From Acidimicrobiales bacterium (GTDB taxonomy: Bacteria; Actinomycetota; Acidimicrobiia; Acidimicrobiales; Bog-793): a DNA stretch of 64,000 nt. A program made the position numbers and the translations under genes. Below, piece after piece: positions 33,004-42,621 of the stretch (within the stretch, counting starts at the first letter, position 1; each line of letters opens with the position of its first letter). A model generated the notes under the pieces. The model saw only the letters and a list, made by a program, of their open reading frames with translations. It made no database searches and was not told the origin of the DNA. Where the stretch lies: positions 14,275-78,274 of the forward strand of contig JBKQMT010000110.1 of NCBI GenBank assembly GCA_052146595.1. Direction: 5' to 3'.

Positions 33004-34073
33004 CCGTGGTCGAGGGCCCGAGCCGGGCGCCCGTGCTCGACCGGGTGAGAGGCCAGCCGGAAGCGGTGCGGCTTCTCCGCGGTTCGCTGCGGACGCCCCT
33101 GCACGCCTACCTGTTCCTCGGGCCGCTAGGCACAGGGAGGCGTGACGCGGCGATTGCTTTCGCGGCGGCTCTGCTGTGCCCCGATGGGGGCTGCGGGGAG
33201 TGCCCCTCGTGTCTGGAGGTGGTCGCGGGCCGACATCCGGATCTCGCCGTCATCGAGCGTGCCGGCGCCTCGATCCTGGTCGACCAGGCACGCGAGGTCG
33301 GCCGCATGGCCCTGCGCACCCCGCGCGTCGCCCGCTACCAGGTCCTCGTCCTGGTCGACTTCGACCTTGTCGACAAGGCCGCACCGGCCTTGCTGAAGAC
33401 GATCGAGGAGCCGCCGGACACAACCGTCATCATCCTCATCGCCGAGGCCGTTCCCCGCTCTTTCGTCACGATCGCGAGCAGGTGCGTGCAGGTCCAGTTC
33501 AAGCCCCTCGACGACGGGACTGTCGTCGAGGTCCTCACAGCCGAGGGCGTCGAGGTCGCGACCGCCGCCGCTGTCGCCGAGGCCGCAGGCGGGCGGCTGG
33601 ACAGGGCGAGGCTGCTGGCGCGCGACTTGGGTTTTGCCGAGCGGTTGCACCGTTGGAGAACAGTTCCGAGCCGGCTGGACGGGACGGGGACGAGGGTTGC
33701 CGAGCTCGCCGACGAGCTCGTCGCCGCCGCTGGTGAGCCGCTCGAGGTCGTGCGGGCCCGTCAGGCCGAGGAGCTGGCCCTGCTCCAGGAGGAGGCGGAG
33801 AGGCGGGGCGAGAGGGGCGTCCCGGGACGGGCCGCGATCGAGGAGCGGCACCGTCGAGAGCAACGACGGGTGCGGACAGACGAGCTTCGCGCAGGTCTCG
33901 ACGCCCTCCTTTCTGTGTACCGCGAGCGTCTCGTCGCGCCTCAGGTCTCGGCGCAGCGCCTGAGGACCACCCTCGCCGCCATGGCGGCCATAGACGAGGC
34001 CGCGACGCGCCTCGGCCGCAACGTCAACGAGACGTTGCTGCTGCAGTGGCTGATCTTGCGCCTCGACACGTGA
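33000..34073 (+). CDS. holB: DNA polymerase III subunit delta-prime
   Basis: HAYLFLGPLGTGRRDAAIAFAAALLC and the C-x2-C zinc module CGECPSC are present. The GTG overlaps the tmk stop (GTGA). Confidence 0.8.
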   Translation: MTVVEGPSRAPVLDRVRGQPEAVRLLRGSLRTPLHAYLFLGPLGTGRRDAAIAFAAALLCPDGGCGECPSCLEVVAGRHPDLAVIERAGASILVDQAREVGRMALRTPRVARYQVLVLVDFDLVDKAAPALLKTIEEPPDTTVIILIAEAVPRSFVTIASRCVQVQFKPLDDGTVVEVLTAEGVEVATAAAVAEAAGGRLDRARLLARDLGFAERLHRWRTVPSRLDGTGTRVAELADELVAAAGEPLEVVRARQAEELALLQEEAERRGERGVPGRAAIEERHRREQRRVRTDELRAGLDALLSVYRERLVAPQVSAQRLRTTLAAMAAIDEAATRLGRNVNETLLLQWLILRLDT

Positions 34074-34084
34074 GCCGGCGGGCC

Positions 34085-35065
34085 ATGGCACAGGTGGTGG
34101 TGGTCGGGAGCCTGTCGATGGACCTGACGGTGCGGACCGACACGTTGCCACTGCCCGGTGAGACGGTGATCGGCAGCTCCTTCACGATGGTGCCCGGAGG
34201 CAAGGGCAACAACCAGGCCGTGACATGCGCCCGCCAGGGCGTGAGGACTGCGATTGTCGGCAGGGTCGGCTCGGACTCCTTCGCCGGGGCGATCCGATCC
34301 CTGCTCGTAGCCGACGGTGCAGACGTCTCCCATCTCACGAGCGACCCCGGTGTCGACACCGGGATCGCGCACATCACGGTCGAAGCCAGCGGCCAGAACT
34401 TCATAATCGTCGTGCCCCGGTCCAACCGCACGCTCACGGTGCGACACGTCAGGCAGGCGGCCGGCTTGATCGAGGGCGCATCGGTGCTCCTCGTGCAGCT
34501 CGAGGTGCCGCTCGAGGCGGTGGAGGCCGCGCTCGAGGTCGCGAGGAAGGCCGGGGCGATCACGATGCTCAATCCTTCGCCGGCACTGGAGCTCAGCGAC
34601 GAGCTTCTCTCCAAAGTCGACATCTGTCTCCCGAACGAGCTCGAGGCCGCGGAGTTGAGCAAGACGAAGGTCGACGACGCCGCCGGGGCTGTCAGGGCTG
34701 CCGCGGAACTGCTGCGGCGTGGCTGCAAGTCTGTCGTCGTCACCCTCGGGCCGAGAGGCTCTGTCTACCTCGACCGCGACCGCGTCATAGAGGTGCCTGC
34801 CTTGTCCGTGCCGGTCGTCGACACGACCGGTGCCGGCGACGCTTTCTGCGGAGCGCTCGCGTCCACGCTGGCCCGTGGCGGGGACATCGAGACCGGCCTG
34901 CGGAGGGCGACGGCGGCTGGCGCATTGGCCGTTGGCGTGCTCGGGGCTACTCCCTCCTTGCCGCGGGCCGAAGCGGTGGACGAACTGCTCGCTCGGCTCG
35001 GTCCGGTGGCCCTCGAGAGCAGTCCACCGCCGTCCGCGGTTCAAGGTCTCGGTCGCACCTCGTAA
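34085..35065 (+). CDS. rbsK: ribokinase
   Basis: Supporting motifs are VVVGSLSMDL, GGKGNNQA and DTTGAGDAFCGAL. The start is trimmed to ATG 34085. The 3' end overlaps the convergent hydrolase gene by 25 nt. Confidence 0.85.
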   Translation: MAQVVVVGSLSMDLTVRTDTLPLPGETVIGSSFTMVPGGKGNNQAVTCARQGVRTAIVGRVGSDSFAGAIRSLLVADGADVSHLTSDPGVDTGIAHITVEASGQNFIIVVPRSNRTLTVRHVRQAAGLIEGASVLLVQLEVPLEAVEAALEVARKAGAITMLNPSPALELSDELLSKVDICLPNELEAAELSKTKVDDAAGAVRAAAELLRRGCKSVVVTLGPRGSVYLDRDRVIEVPALSVPVVDTTGAGDAFCGALASTLARGGDIETGLRRATAAGALAVGVLGATPSLPRAEAVDELLARLGPVALESSPPPSAVQGLGRTS

Positions 35066-35841
35066 CGTCTCTGGAGGAGCACCGGCAAGGCCTCGCGCAC
35101 CGAGCGGACGTGCTCGGAGGAGATCTCGGCGATCGCTACGCCCTCGGTCTCACCGAGCCTGGCCAGTTCGATGCCCATGGGGTCGATGACGAGGCTGTGG
35201 CCGCAGTATGTGGGAGGCGGCTGGGCCGCCGTCATCAGGTAAGAGGTGTTCTCGATGGCCCGAGCCCGGCACATCGTCACCCAGTGCTCTTGCTTGAGTG
35301 GACCCGCGACCCAGGCGGCGGGCACGGCGAAGGCGGTGGCACCGCGGTCGACCAGTGCGCGGAACAGCTCGGGGAAACGCAGGTCGTAGCAGGTGGCGAC
35401 GCCGATCACGAAATCCCCGAGCGCCAAGGTCAAAAGCTCGTCGCCGTCCATGCGACCTGGCACGAGGGCGTCCGACTCCCGGTGGCCCAGGGCGTCGTAG
35501 AGGTGGAGCTTGCGATAGCAGCCGAGGAGCCCCGTCGCGTCGACAGCGACGGCGGTGTTGTGCACCCGCTGCCCGCCGGGCACCTTTTCGAACATGCCCG
35601 CTATCGCGCTCACGCCGAGCTCGCCGGCGGCGCCCGCCAGGGCGGTGACGAAAGGCCCGTCGAGAGCCTCGGCCGCCTGGGCGAGCTCGGCGGGAGGCCG
35701 GCCGGTGGGGTACATCGCGGCTTCGGGCAAGACGACAAGCTCGGCTCCGCTGCCGGCGGCCGTCCTCAGGAGCTCGAGTGCGCGCGCCCGGTTGGCGGGA
35801 GCGTCGGGCTTGGACGCGAACTGGGCGACGGCGACCTTCAC
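35041..35841 (-). CDS. carbon-nitrogen hydrolase (nitrilase superfamily)
   Basis: VKVAVAQF and the E-K-C triad contexts VLPEAAMY, YRKLHLYD and ATCYDLRFPE are present. The start is GTG 35841. Confidence 0.85.
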   Translation of the reverse strand: MKVAVAQFASKPDAPANRARALELLRTAAGSGAELVVLPEAAMYPTGRPPAELAQAAEALDGPFVTALAGAAGELGVSAIAGMFEKVPGGQRVHNTAVAVDATGLLGCYRKLHLYDALGHRESDALVPGRMDGDELLTLALGDFVIGVATCYDLRFPELFRALVDRGATAFAVPAAWVAGPLKQEHWVTMCRARAIENTSYLMTAAQPPPTYCGHSLVIDPMGIELARLGETEGVAIAEISSEHVRSVREALPVLLQRRYEVRPRP

Positions 35842-35953
35842 GGGGACACCTTGCCACTTCGCCCGCCGAGGCGCCGGATTCGCCTGCCGAGGCGCCGGAC
35901 GTCGCAAGTCCCCGGGTGGTCCGAGACCTGGCGGCGGCTCAGCACGACAAGGA

Positions 35954-36625
35954 TCACTCCCGCCCGCTCTTGTCCTCTATCTCCCAGGCATGGTCGAGGA
36001 CGTGCCAGGCGATGCGGCGGGCTGCATAGCGCGCCGGCCATCCGCTCTCGCCAAGTGACCGACCGTCAGAGGCGGTGCCCAGGAGGTCGATGAGGGCGGC
36101 GCGGGTCTCCGGCAAGCTGTCACCGAGGCGGATTCCGAGCTTTCGCGCGTAGACGATCTCGGCGTCGGCAACGTGGGAGGCGATCTCGTCGCGGTCACGA
36201 CCTCCGCCCCGGGGTCCTCTTCTCAACGCGGCCGGCGCCGACGCGACGACACCGTCGAAGACTTGCCAGCAGGCGGCCACGAGCGCGGCCAGGCGCCTGG
36301 CGCCCCTGGCGTCGAGGGCCCGGCGTTCGTACTCGGCAGCGACCGCCGGCGCGCCGAAGTCCGTGGTGGCGTTTCCCACGAGACGTTCCACGACCTCGAA
36401 GCCCTCTGCAGCCCCGGAGGGGAGGCCGACGCCTGCTCGTGCGGTCACCGGCGCGTAGCGGCTGGCATAGCCCGCAAGGACTTCGAGCGCCTCGTTCTCT
36501 GTGCGGGCTGAGCGGCACCAGCCGGGCCATTCCAAGGCGGAGGCGAACACGCGGCGGGAGCCGCTCTCGACACAGACCAAGGTGTCCGCCACGAGCTCAA
36601 GCGCGCGGGCAGGAAGGGACCGCAT
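35954..36625 (-). CDS. hypothetical protein (possibly a DinB-like four-helix fold)
   Basis: The 223-aa ORF from ATG 36625 has good GC3. The C-terminal WHVLDHAWEIED is reminiscent of metal-binding DinB-like proteins, but this is weak. Confidence 0.5.
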   Translation of the reverse strand: MRSLPARALELVADTLVCVESGSRRVFASALEWPGWCRSARTENEALEVLAGYASRYAPVTARAGVGLPSGAAEGFEVVERLVGNATTDFGAPAVAAEYERRALDARGARRLAALVAACWQVFDGVVASAPAALRRGPRGGGRDRDEIASHVADAEIVYARKLGIRLGDSLPETRAALIDLLGTASDGRSLGESGWPARYAARRIAWHVLDHAWEIEDKSGRE

Positions 36626-37043
36626 TGTCTCATTGTCGCCCAGATGACCGATGTCAATCCCGGCGCCTCGCGTTCGACGCCGCACGTCCCGACACTTTCG
36701 GACGCGCAAGTAGAGCAGATCCGCACCTGGCGCGAGCGCGCCTGGCGACGGGATTCCTTCGACGAAATCGCAGACTTCACAGAGTCTGAAGACCTGAGGC
36801 GTTATCTGACGAGGACCTGCTCGCTGAGATGGTACGAGCTCACGCTGCTCATCAGAACGTCGACCGTGCGGTCGCTCACCACGTCGCCGCGCTCAGAGCG
36901 CGAAACGTCAGTTGGGCCCGCATCGGTGAAGCACTCGGAACGACGCGCCAATCGGCCTGGGAGCGCTTCTCCGGGGAGGAGTAGCCGGTGTCGCCACCAC
37001 ACCGGCGATCAAGGGCACCTGACGACGGGCTGCTGACTATCTG

Positions 37044-37829
37044 TCAACCGGGCTTGCGACCCCAGGCCGACACCATGGGCGAGGTTGTCAAGTCGAGCTG
37101 ACCTGTAGCGACGTTGGACAGGTGCTGTTCGATCTCGTCCTCAGTGGCCAGTTCCGTGGCGATCAGGCGATGCCGGATCTGTTCCACGGTTGCACGCTCC
37201 AGCCGATCTACGGCAGGGCCGCCTATCGGAAAGTAGGCATCCGCCTGTACGTCCACAAGTCCCGCAGCTCTGAGCAGTCCTGGAAGCTTGCGACCGAATG
37301 ACAGATCTACACCTCGTTCGGCCATCAGGGCACGAAACGCCACCTTCAACTTGTTGGCGAGTTTCTCTGCTGCGCCATGGTCGTCGGGACATGCAAGAGG
37401 CTGCAGACCGGTGTCAGCTTCTTCGACCAGGAGCCATCCACCTGGTTTGAGGGCGTCGATCATCGTGGCCATGGCTTTGGATCGCTGAGGGACGTGCACG
37501 AGCACAAGTCGAGCGTGGACGAGGTCGAATGAATCGTCCGGTGCGGGCTCGGTTCCGATGTCGTGCCGTTTCACCACGAAGCCGTCATCCTCGGCTTCGA
37601 GCCAGGTGGTGTCGATGTCCGTGGCCAACACATCGGCCTTGGTCTGTTCGGCTATCCAGGAAGGCACGCTGGCACCTCCGGCCCCAACCTCCCACACCCG
37701 CCACCCGAGTGACAGGCCGATCGACCCCATGTGCCGGAAGGTCGACGGGTTGAAGAGCGTCCCGAGAGCATCGAAGCGCCGGCCCGCCTCGTTCTGGCGA
37801 TTGTCGAGCAAGTAGTCCTCACGCGCCAT
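37044..37829 (-). CDS. class I SAM-dependent methyltransferase
   Basis: Motif I is VWEVGAGGAS and a post-I acidic residue is present. Length is 261 aa. Confidence 0.8.
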   Translation of the reverse strand: MAREDYLLDNRQNEAGRRFDALGTLFNPSTFRHMGSIGLSLGWRVWEVGAGGASVPSWIAEQTKADVLATDIDTTWLEAEDDGFVVKRHDIGTEPAPDDSFDLVHARLVLVHVPQRSKAMATMIDALKPGGWLLVEEADTGLQPLACPDDHGAAEKLANKLKVAFRALMAERGVDLSFGRKLPGLLRAAGLVDVQADAYFPIGGPAVDRLERATVEQIRHRLIATELATEDEIEQHLSNVATGQLDLTTSPMVSAWGRKPG

Positions 37830-38103
37830 TCCAGGATCCTAGGGACACATCGGCTCGGGCGACCGTATGTACTGGCGTCTCAGCGAGGGTCTCTAACGGG
37901 ATGACGGCGTGCACCGCCCCTGTCTTCCTCCCAAGTCGAGTTGGGATCGTCCGCCCGACTATCTGTTGCCAACTCATGAGGTCGGTGCTGAGGGGCCGTT
38001 GACGTGTACCTGCGGCAGCTTCGGTCCAGCACAGCCACGCCGGCTCGGTTTGCAGGCGCGATCCGGACGCAAATCGTCCGCAATTGCGGGTACTCTCCCT
38101 GGC

Positions 38104-38460
38104 ATGGCTATCGCACGCTTCCCGAGCATCGTCATCGACTGTCCCGATCCAGGTGCCCTGGCGACCTTCTACGGGGCAATGCTGGACTGGAAGGTCGAAG
38201 CCTCCGAGGGCTGGGCCGAGGTCCGCGCCGACTACGGTCAGTGCATCACCTTCCAGCAGGTGGAGGCCTATGCCCCGCCCCGATGGCCGGCTCAGGAGGT
38301 GCCCCAGCAGATGCATCTCGATGTAATCGTCGACGACCTCGACGCCGCCGAGGTGGCGGTGCTCGGTCTTGGCGCCACCAAGCACGAGCACCAGACCGGC
38401 ACATCGTTCCGGGTCTTCCTCGACCCAGCGGGGCACCCCTTCTGCTTGTGCGTGAAATGA
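38104..38460 (+). CDS. VOC/glyoxalase family protein
   Basis: MAIARFPSIVIDCPDPGALATFYGAMLDWKV...HLDVIVDDLDAAE...FLDPAGHPFCL matches the family. The start is trimmed to ATG 38104. Confidence 0.8.
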   Translation: MAIARFPSIVIDCPDPGALATFYGAMLDWKVEASEGWAEVRADYGQCITFQQVEAYAPPRWPAQEVPQQMHLDVIVDDLDAAEVAVLGLGATKHEHQTGTSFRVFLDPAGHPFCLCVK

Positions 38461-38895
38461 CCTAGAGGCCCTATCCCCGACAGATCCCGTCGAGTCAGGG
38501 ATAGGCACGTCGGCGCCCGCGAGGCACGGCGTCCGCCTGGCGCAACTTCCGGGCGGCCTTGCGAGGAGGCACTGGAGGCGGTTGCAGACCGGTGAGCAGG
38601 CGGGTGCTGCGAGGGAGACCCTCACCTTTGCCACACGAGCCGGTCAAGGCATGGCTACTCGAAGCTGCCTCCTGGTGCCCCTACTCCGGTTGCTCTGACG
38701 AAGCAACCGCCTCGGAATTCGCCCGCGGCGTATCGTTCTAGGGGACCGACGCTCGATCCGGACCTTGGTGCTAAATTGTCCGTGGTCGTGGCCGGACCGA
38801 CGGAAGGATCTACACGTGGGGATCGAGGATCGCCCTGACGACGCCGGAGAGCCCCCGGTTCGTTCGGGGAAGAGCAGACCCGCCAGGCCCAGTGG

Positions 38896-39588
38896 GTGGT
38901 GACCCGCCGGCTGGCCAGCATCGTGGGTTCGCTCGGACACCTCGAGTACCCCGACGCGTCGCTCGACTGGCTGTGCCGCGCCTGCGTGAAGGAGCTAGGG
39001 GTGGACGGGGCGGCGGTAGCGCTGATCTCGAGCAACCACGATCCTGGCAACATCGCCGCTTCTGACGAACGGGTGTCGTATGTCGTCGACCTGCAGTTCA
39101 CCACTGGCGAGGGACCGACCATCGACGCTCACCGCGATCGACGACCCGTGCTAGAGCCAGAGTTGGAAACGACGACTCGCTGGCCAGCCTTCGCCTCCCA
39201 GGCGGTGGCAGTCGGCGTGGCCGCGGTGTTCGCCCTGCCCTTGCAGATCGGCGCGGCGAATTTCGGCGTCTTGACGTTCTATCGCGATCGGCCTGGACCA
39301 TTGGGCGACGACTTGCTCGCCGACGCGCGGGCGATAGCCGACGTGGCCTGCGAGATCACACTGCGCCTGCAGGCCCAGGTGCCACCCGGCTCCCTGCACG
39401 ATGTCATCGAGATGCTCGCCACCGAACGGACCGTCGTCTACCAGGCCACGGGCATGATCGCGGTGCGGTTGGACGTCGGTCTCGAGCAGGCTATGGCGCT
39501 TCTCCGAGCGAGGGCCTATGCCGCCGGCCAGCCGGTGCACGAGGTGGCCGGGGACGTAGTGGCCCGGAGGTTTCATTTCGACCCTTGA
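38896..39588 (+). CDS. GAF-ANTAR RNA-binding antiterminator-type regulator
   Basis: A GAF-like N-terminus (...GEGPTIDAHRDRRPV...FALPLQIGAANFGVLTFYR) is joined to a C-terminal ANTAR helix bundle (VVYQATGMIAVRLDVGLEQAMALLRARAYAAGQPVHEVAGDVV). Confidence 0.8.
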   Translation: MVTRRLASIVGSLGHLEYPDASLDWLCRACVKELGVDGAAVALISSNHDPGNIAASDERVSYVVDLQFTTGEGPTIDAHRDRRPVLEPELETTTRWPAFASQAVAVGVAAVFALPLQIGAANFGVLTFYRDRPGPLGDDLLADARAIADVACEITLRLQAQVPPGSLHDVIEMLATERTVVYQATGMIAVRLDVGLEQAMALLRARAYAAGQPVHEVAGDVVARRFHFDP

Positions 39589-39681
39589 CGGCGCGATTCG
39601 GGCCGGTTGGTGCCTTCTCGACCTGAGCAGGGATTCGTTCTGTTCGGTATCGTTTCTGTGGCAAAGGAGGTGAGAGATGTC

Positions 39682-40431
39682 ATGACCCGCCAGGACCTCT
39701 TATCGCGTACCTTTGTGGAATTAGCCGACACCCTGGTCGAAAGCTACGACCCAATCGAGTTCCTCCATCGGCTGGCCGAGCGATGCGTGTCGCTCCTCGG
39801 GGTGGCCGAGGCGGGAGTCGTGTTGGTCGGCCCCGAAGGCCAGCTCCGGCCTTTGGCCTCCTCGAGCGAACGCATGCATCTCATCGAACTCATCGAGGTG
39901 CAGCGCGAAGACGGCCCCTGCCTTGACTGTTGGCGCAGCGGCGAGGCGGTACGCGAGGACGAATTGGCCGAGTCCCGGGAGCGCTGGCCGCGGTTTGGCC
40001 CGGCGGCTCTCGAGGCCGGCTTCCTCTCTGCCTATGCCCTTCCGATGCGGCTTCGCGAAGAACGGATCGGCGCTCTCAACCTCTTCTCGAACCATGCCTA
40101 CGGCTTGATCCAGCCAGATGAAGCTATTGCCCAGGCCATGGCGGACGTAGCCACCATCGGCATCCTCCACGAGCGCTTTATCCGCCAGCGCGAGGAGGTC
40201 TCCGAGCAGCTGCGCGCGGCCTTCAACGCCCGGGTCGCCCTGGAACAGGCCAAGGGCATAGTCGCCGAGGCAACGGGGACGGACGTGGACGCAGCTTTCG
40301 CCCTGATGCGCGGTTACACCCGTCGTCACAGGCTCTTGCTTTCGGAGGTGGCAAGGCAGTTGATCAGCCGGGAGTTGGCCGTCGAAGCCATGCGATCCCA
40401 GTCCGGCACCTCTCGTGGCAGCCCGCGCTGA
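39682..40431 (+). CDS. GAF-ANTAR RNA-binding antiterminator-type regulator (paralog)
   Basis: AAGGAGG lies 11 nt before the ATG at 39682. The GAF part reads EDGPCLDCWRSGEAV...YALPMRLREERIGALNLF. The ANTAR part reads RVALEQAKGIVAEATGTDVDAAFALMRGYTRRHRLLLSEVARQLI. Confidence 0.85.
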   Translation: MTRQDLLSRTFVELADTLVESYDPIEFLHRLAERCVSLLGVAEAGVVLVGPEGQLRPLASSSERMHLIELIEVQREDGPCLDCWRSGEAVREDELAESRERWPRFGPAALEAGFLSAYALPMRLREERIGALNLFSNHAYGLIQPDEAIAQAMADVATIGILHERFIRQREEVSEQLRAAFNARVALEQAKGIVAEATGTDVDAAFALMRGYTRRHRLLLSEVARQLISRELAVEAMRSQSGTSRGSPR

Positions 40432-40815
40432 GCACTTGAGGACCGTGGCAGGCAGCTCTTCAGGCCGTTAGTGCCCGCACGTCAGTGCGACGAGCAGCTA
40501 CCAGGGAGAAAATGCCGCCGTACGCTGCCGGAATGCGAACCGATCAACCACAGCCAGCCAGGGGCGTCCAGTGCAGACGGCCCCTGCTGGCTGCGCGGTG
40601 GAAACGTTTTCCGGCAGTGCGGGACCGCTCCCACTAACTCTTGCGGGTTCATCATAGGCGTCTCAGACTGTGGCGTTCCAGGGACAAATCAGGGGATTAC
40701 GCCGATTTCGGTGGAGAGTTCAGCGGGGGCGCTCGACCGCTGCGCTATGGCCGTTCGCTCCTGTGGGCGAGTCGGGCGGGAAGGTCAAATGGAGCAAGCC
40801 GACTCGTTCCAGCTA

Positions 40816-42197
40816 GTGCCCTGACCTCGAACCTTCGGGGGTAGGTCCACCACTCGCGGTAGCTCGTCGCGCAGAATTTGCCATGAGCAAGCCACTGCGT
40901 GTGCGGCGGATTACCGACGAAGAGGGACGACAGCTGCAACGGATCGTCCGGCGCGGCGGTGGATCGGGCGAGAAGTCGATCGTGAAGTGGCGCCGCGCCC
41001 TCGTCGTGCTCGCCTCCGCCGGCGGCAACGATGTGGCTGTCATCGCCCGGCTCGTGCACACGAGCCCCGACCGGGTCCGCGAGATGATCCACGCCTTCAA
41101 CGACAAGGGGATGAAAGCCCTGGACCCTCGATGGGCGGGTGGCCGGCCCCGCCGGATAACGACGAGTGAGCGCCAGCTCATCGTCGAAACGGCCAAGAAG
41201 CGCCCCCGCAGCCTCGGGCAGCCCTTCACGCGATGGAGTATCCGCAAGCTTGCCCGCTACCTCGCCACAAAGAAGGGCCACAAGGTCGTCATCTCCCGCG
41301 AACGTCTGCGACAGGTGCTGGCCGAGGAGCAGATCACCTTCCAGGCCACCAAGACCTGGAAGGAGTCACCCGACCCGCTGCGCGAGCAGAAGCTGGCACG
41401 CATCGAGCACCTGCTCGAGCACGAACGCGGCCGAACGTTCGCCTTCGACGAGTTCGGCCCGCTCGCCTTAAAGCCCGAGGGCGGCTCCTGCTGGGCGGAG
41501 CGCTCCAAACCCCAGCGTCTCAGGGCGAACTACCACAAGCCACACGGCACTCGTCAGCTGTTCGCCTTCTACGCCGTCGGCGCCGATCGCCTCTATGGGC
41601 GGATGGAGAAGCGAAAGGGCGCACGACCGACGCTGCGGGCGCTGAAGGCGATCCGCGCCCTTCGCCCCGACGGCGAGACGATCTATGTGATCTTGGACAA
41701 CTTGAACCACCATCGGGGCCCGATGGTGCGCGAGTGGTGCCAGCGCAACGCTGTCGAGCTCGTCTTCACCCCGACCTATGCCTCCTGGGCAAACCCAATC
41801 GAGGCCCACTTCGGGCCTCTTCGCCAGTTCACGATCGCCAACTCGGACTACCAGAGCCATTTCGAGTTGGCGAAAGCCATCCGCGACTACATCCGTTGGC
41901 GCAACGCCAACACGACCGATCCCGAGCTCCTCGCCCTTGAACGCAAGCACCGGGCGATGCTGCGGGGCGAGGCACGGCGTCGCTGGGGCCAGCCTCGGGC
42001 CCGGGCAGCCTAGAGGCGCCCACTTTCCGAGGCTTCCTCGGGACGCAAACATTGTCGCGCCCGACGATCGAGTCCGACGGCGATTGGCGTCCGGTAAAGC
42101 ATCGTGCACCCCGATGTTCCGGGTGAAGTGGGTACCCAACCGGGAGCAGAGCAGACTCAACCTCAACCAGGCGCGCGAACCTTTGTGGTCAGGGCAC
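40816..42197 (+). mobile_element. IS630-family insertion sequence (about 1.38 kb) with terminal inverted repeats and a TA target duplication
   Basis: The left end is GTGCCCTGACC at 40816-40826. The right end is its exact reverse complement, ggtcagggcac, at 42187-42197. About 17/24 positions match when the repeats are extended. The element is flanked by TA at 40814-15 and 42198-99. Confidence 0.85.
40883..42013 (+). CDS. IS630-family DDE transposase
   Basis: The 376-aa protein has an N-terminal HTH region (...DRVREMIHAFNDKGMKAL...) and a DDE core (FAFDEFGPL, VILDNLNHH, PTYASWANPIEAHF). Confidence 0.9.
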   Translation: MSKPLRVRRITDEEGRQLQRIVRRGGGSGEKSIVKWRRALVVLASAGGNDVAVIARLVHTSPDRVREMIHAFNDKGMKALDPRWAGGRPRRITTSERQLIVETAKKRPRSLGQPFTRWSIRKLARYLATKKGHKVVISRERLRQVLAEEQITFQATKTWKESPDPLREQKLARIEHLLEHERGRTFAFDEFGPLALKPEGGSCWAERSKPQRLRANYHKPHGTRQLFAFYAVGADRLYGRMEKRKGARPTLRALKAIRALRPDGETIYVILDNLNHHRGPMVREWCQRNAVELVFTPTYASWANPIEAHFGPLRQFTIANSDYQSHFELAKAIRDYIRWRNANTTDPELLALERKHRAMLRGEARRRWGQPRARAA

Positions 42198-42593
42198 TAG
42201 CGGGGGCAGGCGGTCTCGACGAGGGTTCGGGCTACGGTCTTGGCGGATTCGGCTGCTCGAGGGTCGGCATCGAGCACGCCGACCGCGAGCCCGCCGTCGA
42301 GGAGCAAGGTGAGCGCTCGGGCGAGCTCGTCGGGAGTCCGTGGCGCCGGCCTGGGCGGCCATGTCGGCTACCCAGGCGTGCACGGCCGCCTTGTGTTCGA
42401 CAGTGCGGGCGTGGACTGCGCCGCCGGCGTGGGACTCGGCTGCGGTGTTGATGAACGCGCACCCGCGGAACCCGTCGTTTCGACACGCGGATACCAATGC
42501 GTCGAACATGCCGACGAGACGGTCGCGTCCGACGGCCGATTCTCGCCTCGTCCTCGGACCGCCTGTGGCGCTCGTCGCTGGCCAGGACGTCAC
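42197..42593 (-). pseudogene. TetR-family regulator remnant (N-terminal HTH missing, 1-nt frameshift)
   Basis: The ligand-domain segment DRLVGMFDALVSACRNDGFRGCAFINTAAESHAGGAVHARTVEHKAAVHAWVADMAAQAG is recognisable. The reading frame breaks near 42332. The +1 frame continues DELARALTLLLDGGLAVGVLDADPRAAESAKTVARTLVETACPR to a TAG at 42199..42197. Only 28 nt separate the upstream end from the next gene. Confidence 0.65.
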
Positions 42594-42621
42594 GCTCGGT
42601 GCCCGGCGGAGGCGCTGGTCG

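Noticed and set aside
34225-36093. 622-aa plus-strand ORF spanning the rbsK, hydrolase and hypothetical genes
   Set aside because: It runs out of frame through rbsK and antisense through the C-N hydrolase. The translation is Arg/Gly/Pro-rich, and the recognised genes explain the region.
37819-38634. 271-aa minus-strand ORF across the methyltransferase/VOC intergenic region
   Set aside because: It is antisense to the well-supported VOC gene and spans a divergent promoter region. No motifs are present.
38461-38895. Possible ANTAR dual-hairpin target or small RNA between the VOC gene and the first GAF-ANTAR gene
   Set aside because: I found single hairpins (cctatccc...gggatagg at about 38470-38505 and ggttgct...agcaacc at about 38688-38708). 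I did not find the paired hexaloop hairpins expected for ANTAR targets. The evidence is insufficient to call a feature.
40745-41281. 178-aa minus-strand ORF near the IS left end
   Set aside because: It crosses the IS630 inverted-repeat boundary and lies antisense to the transposase N-terminus, so it cannot be a native gene.
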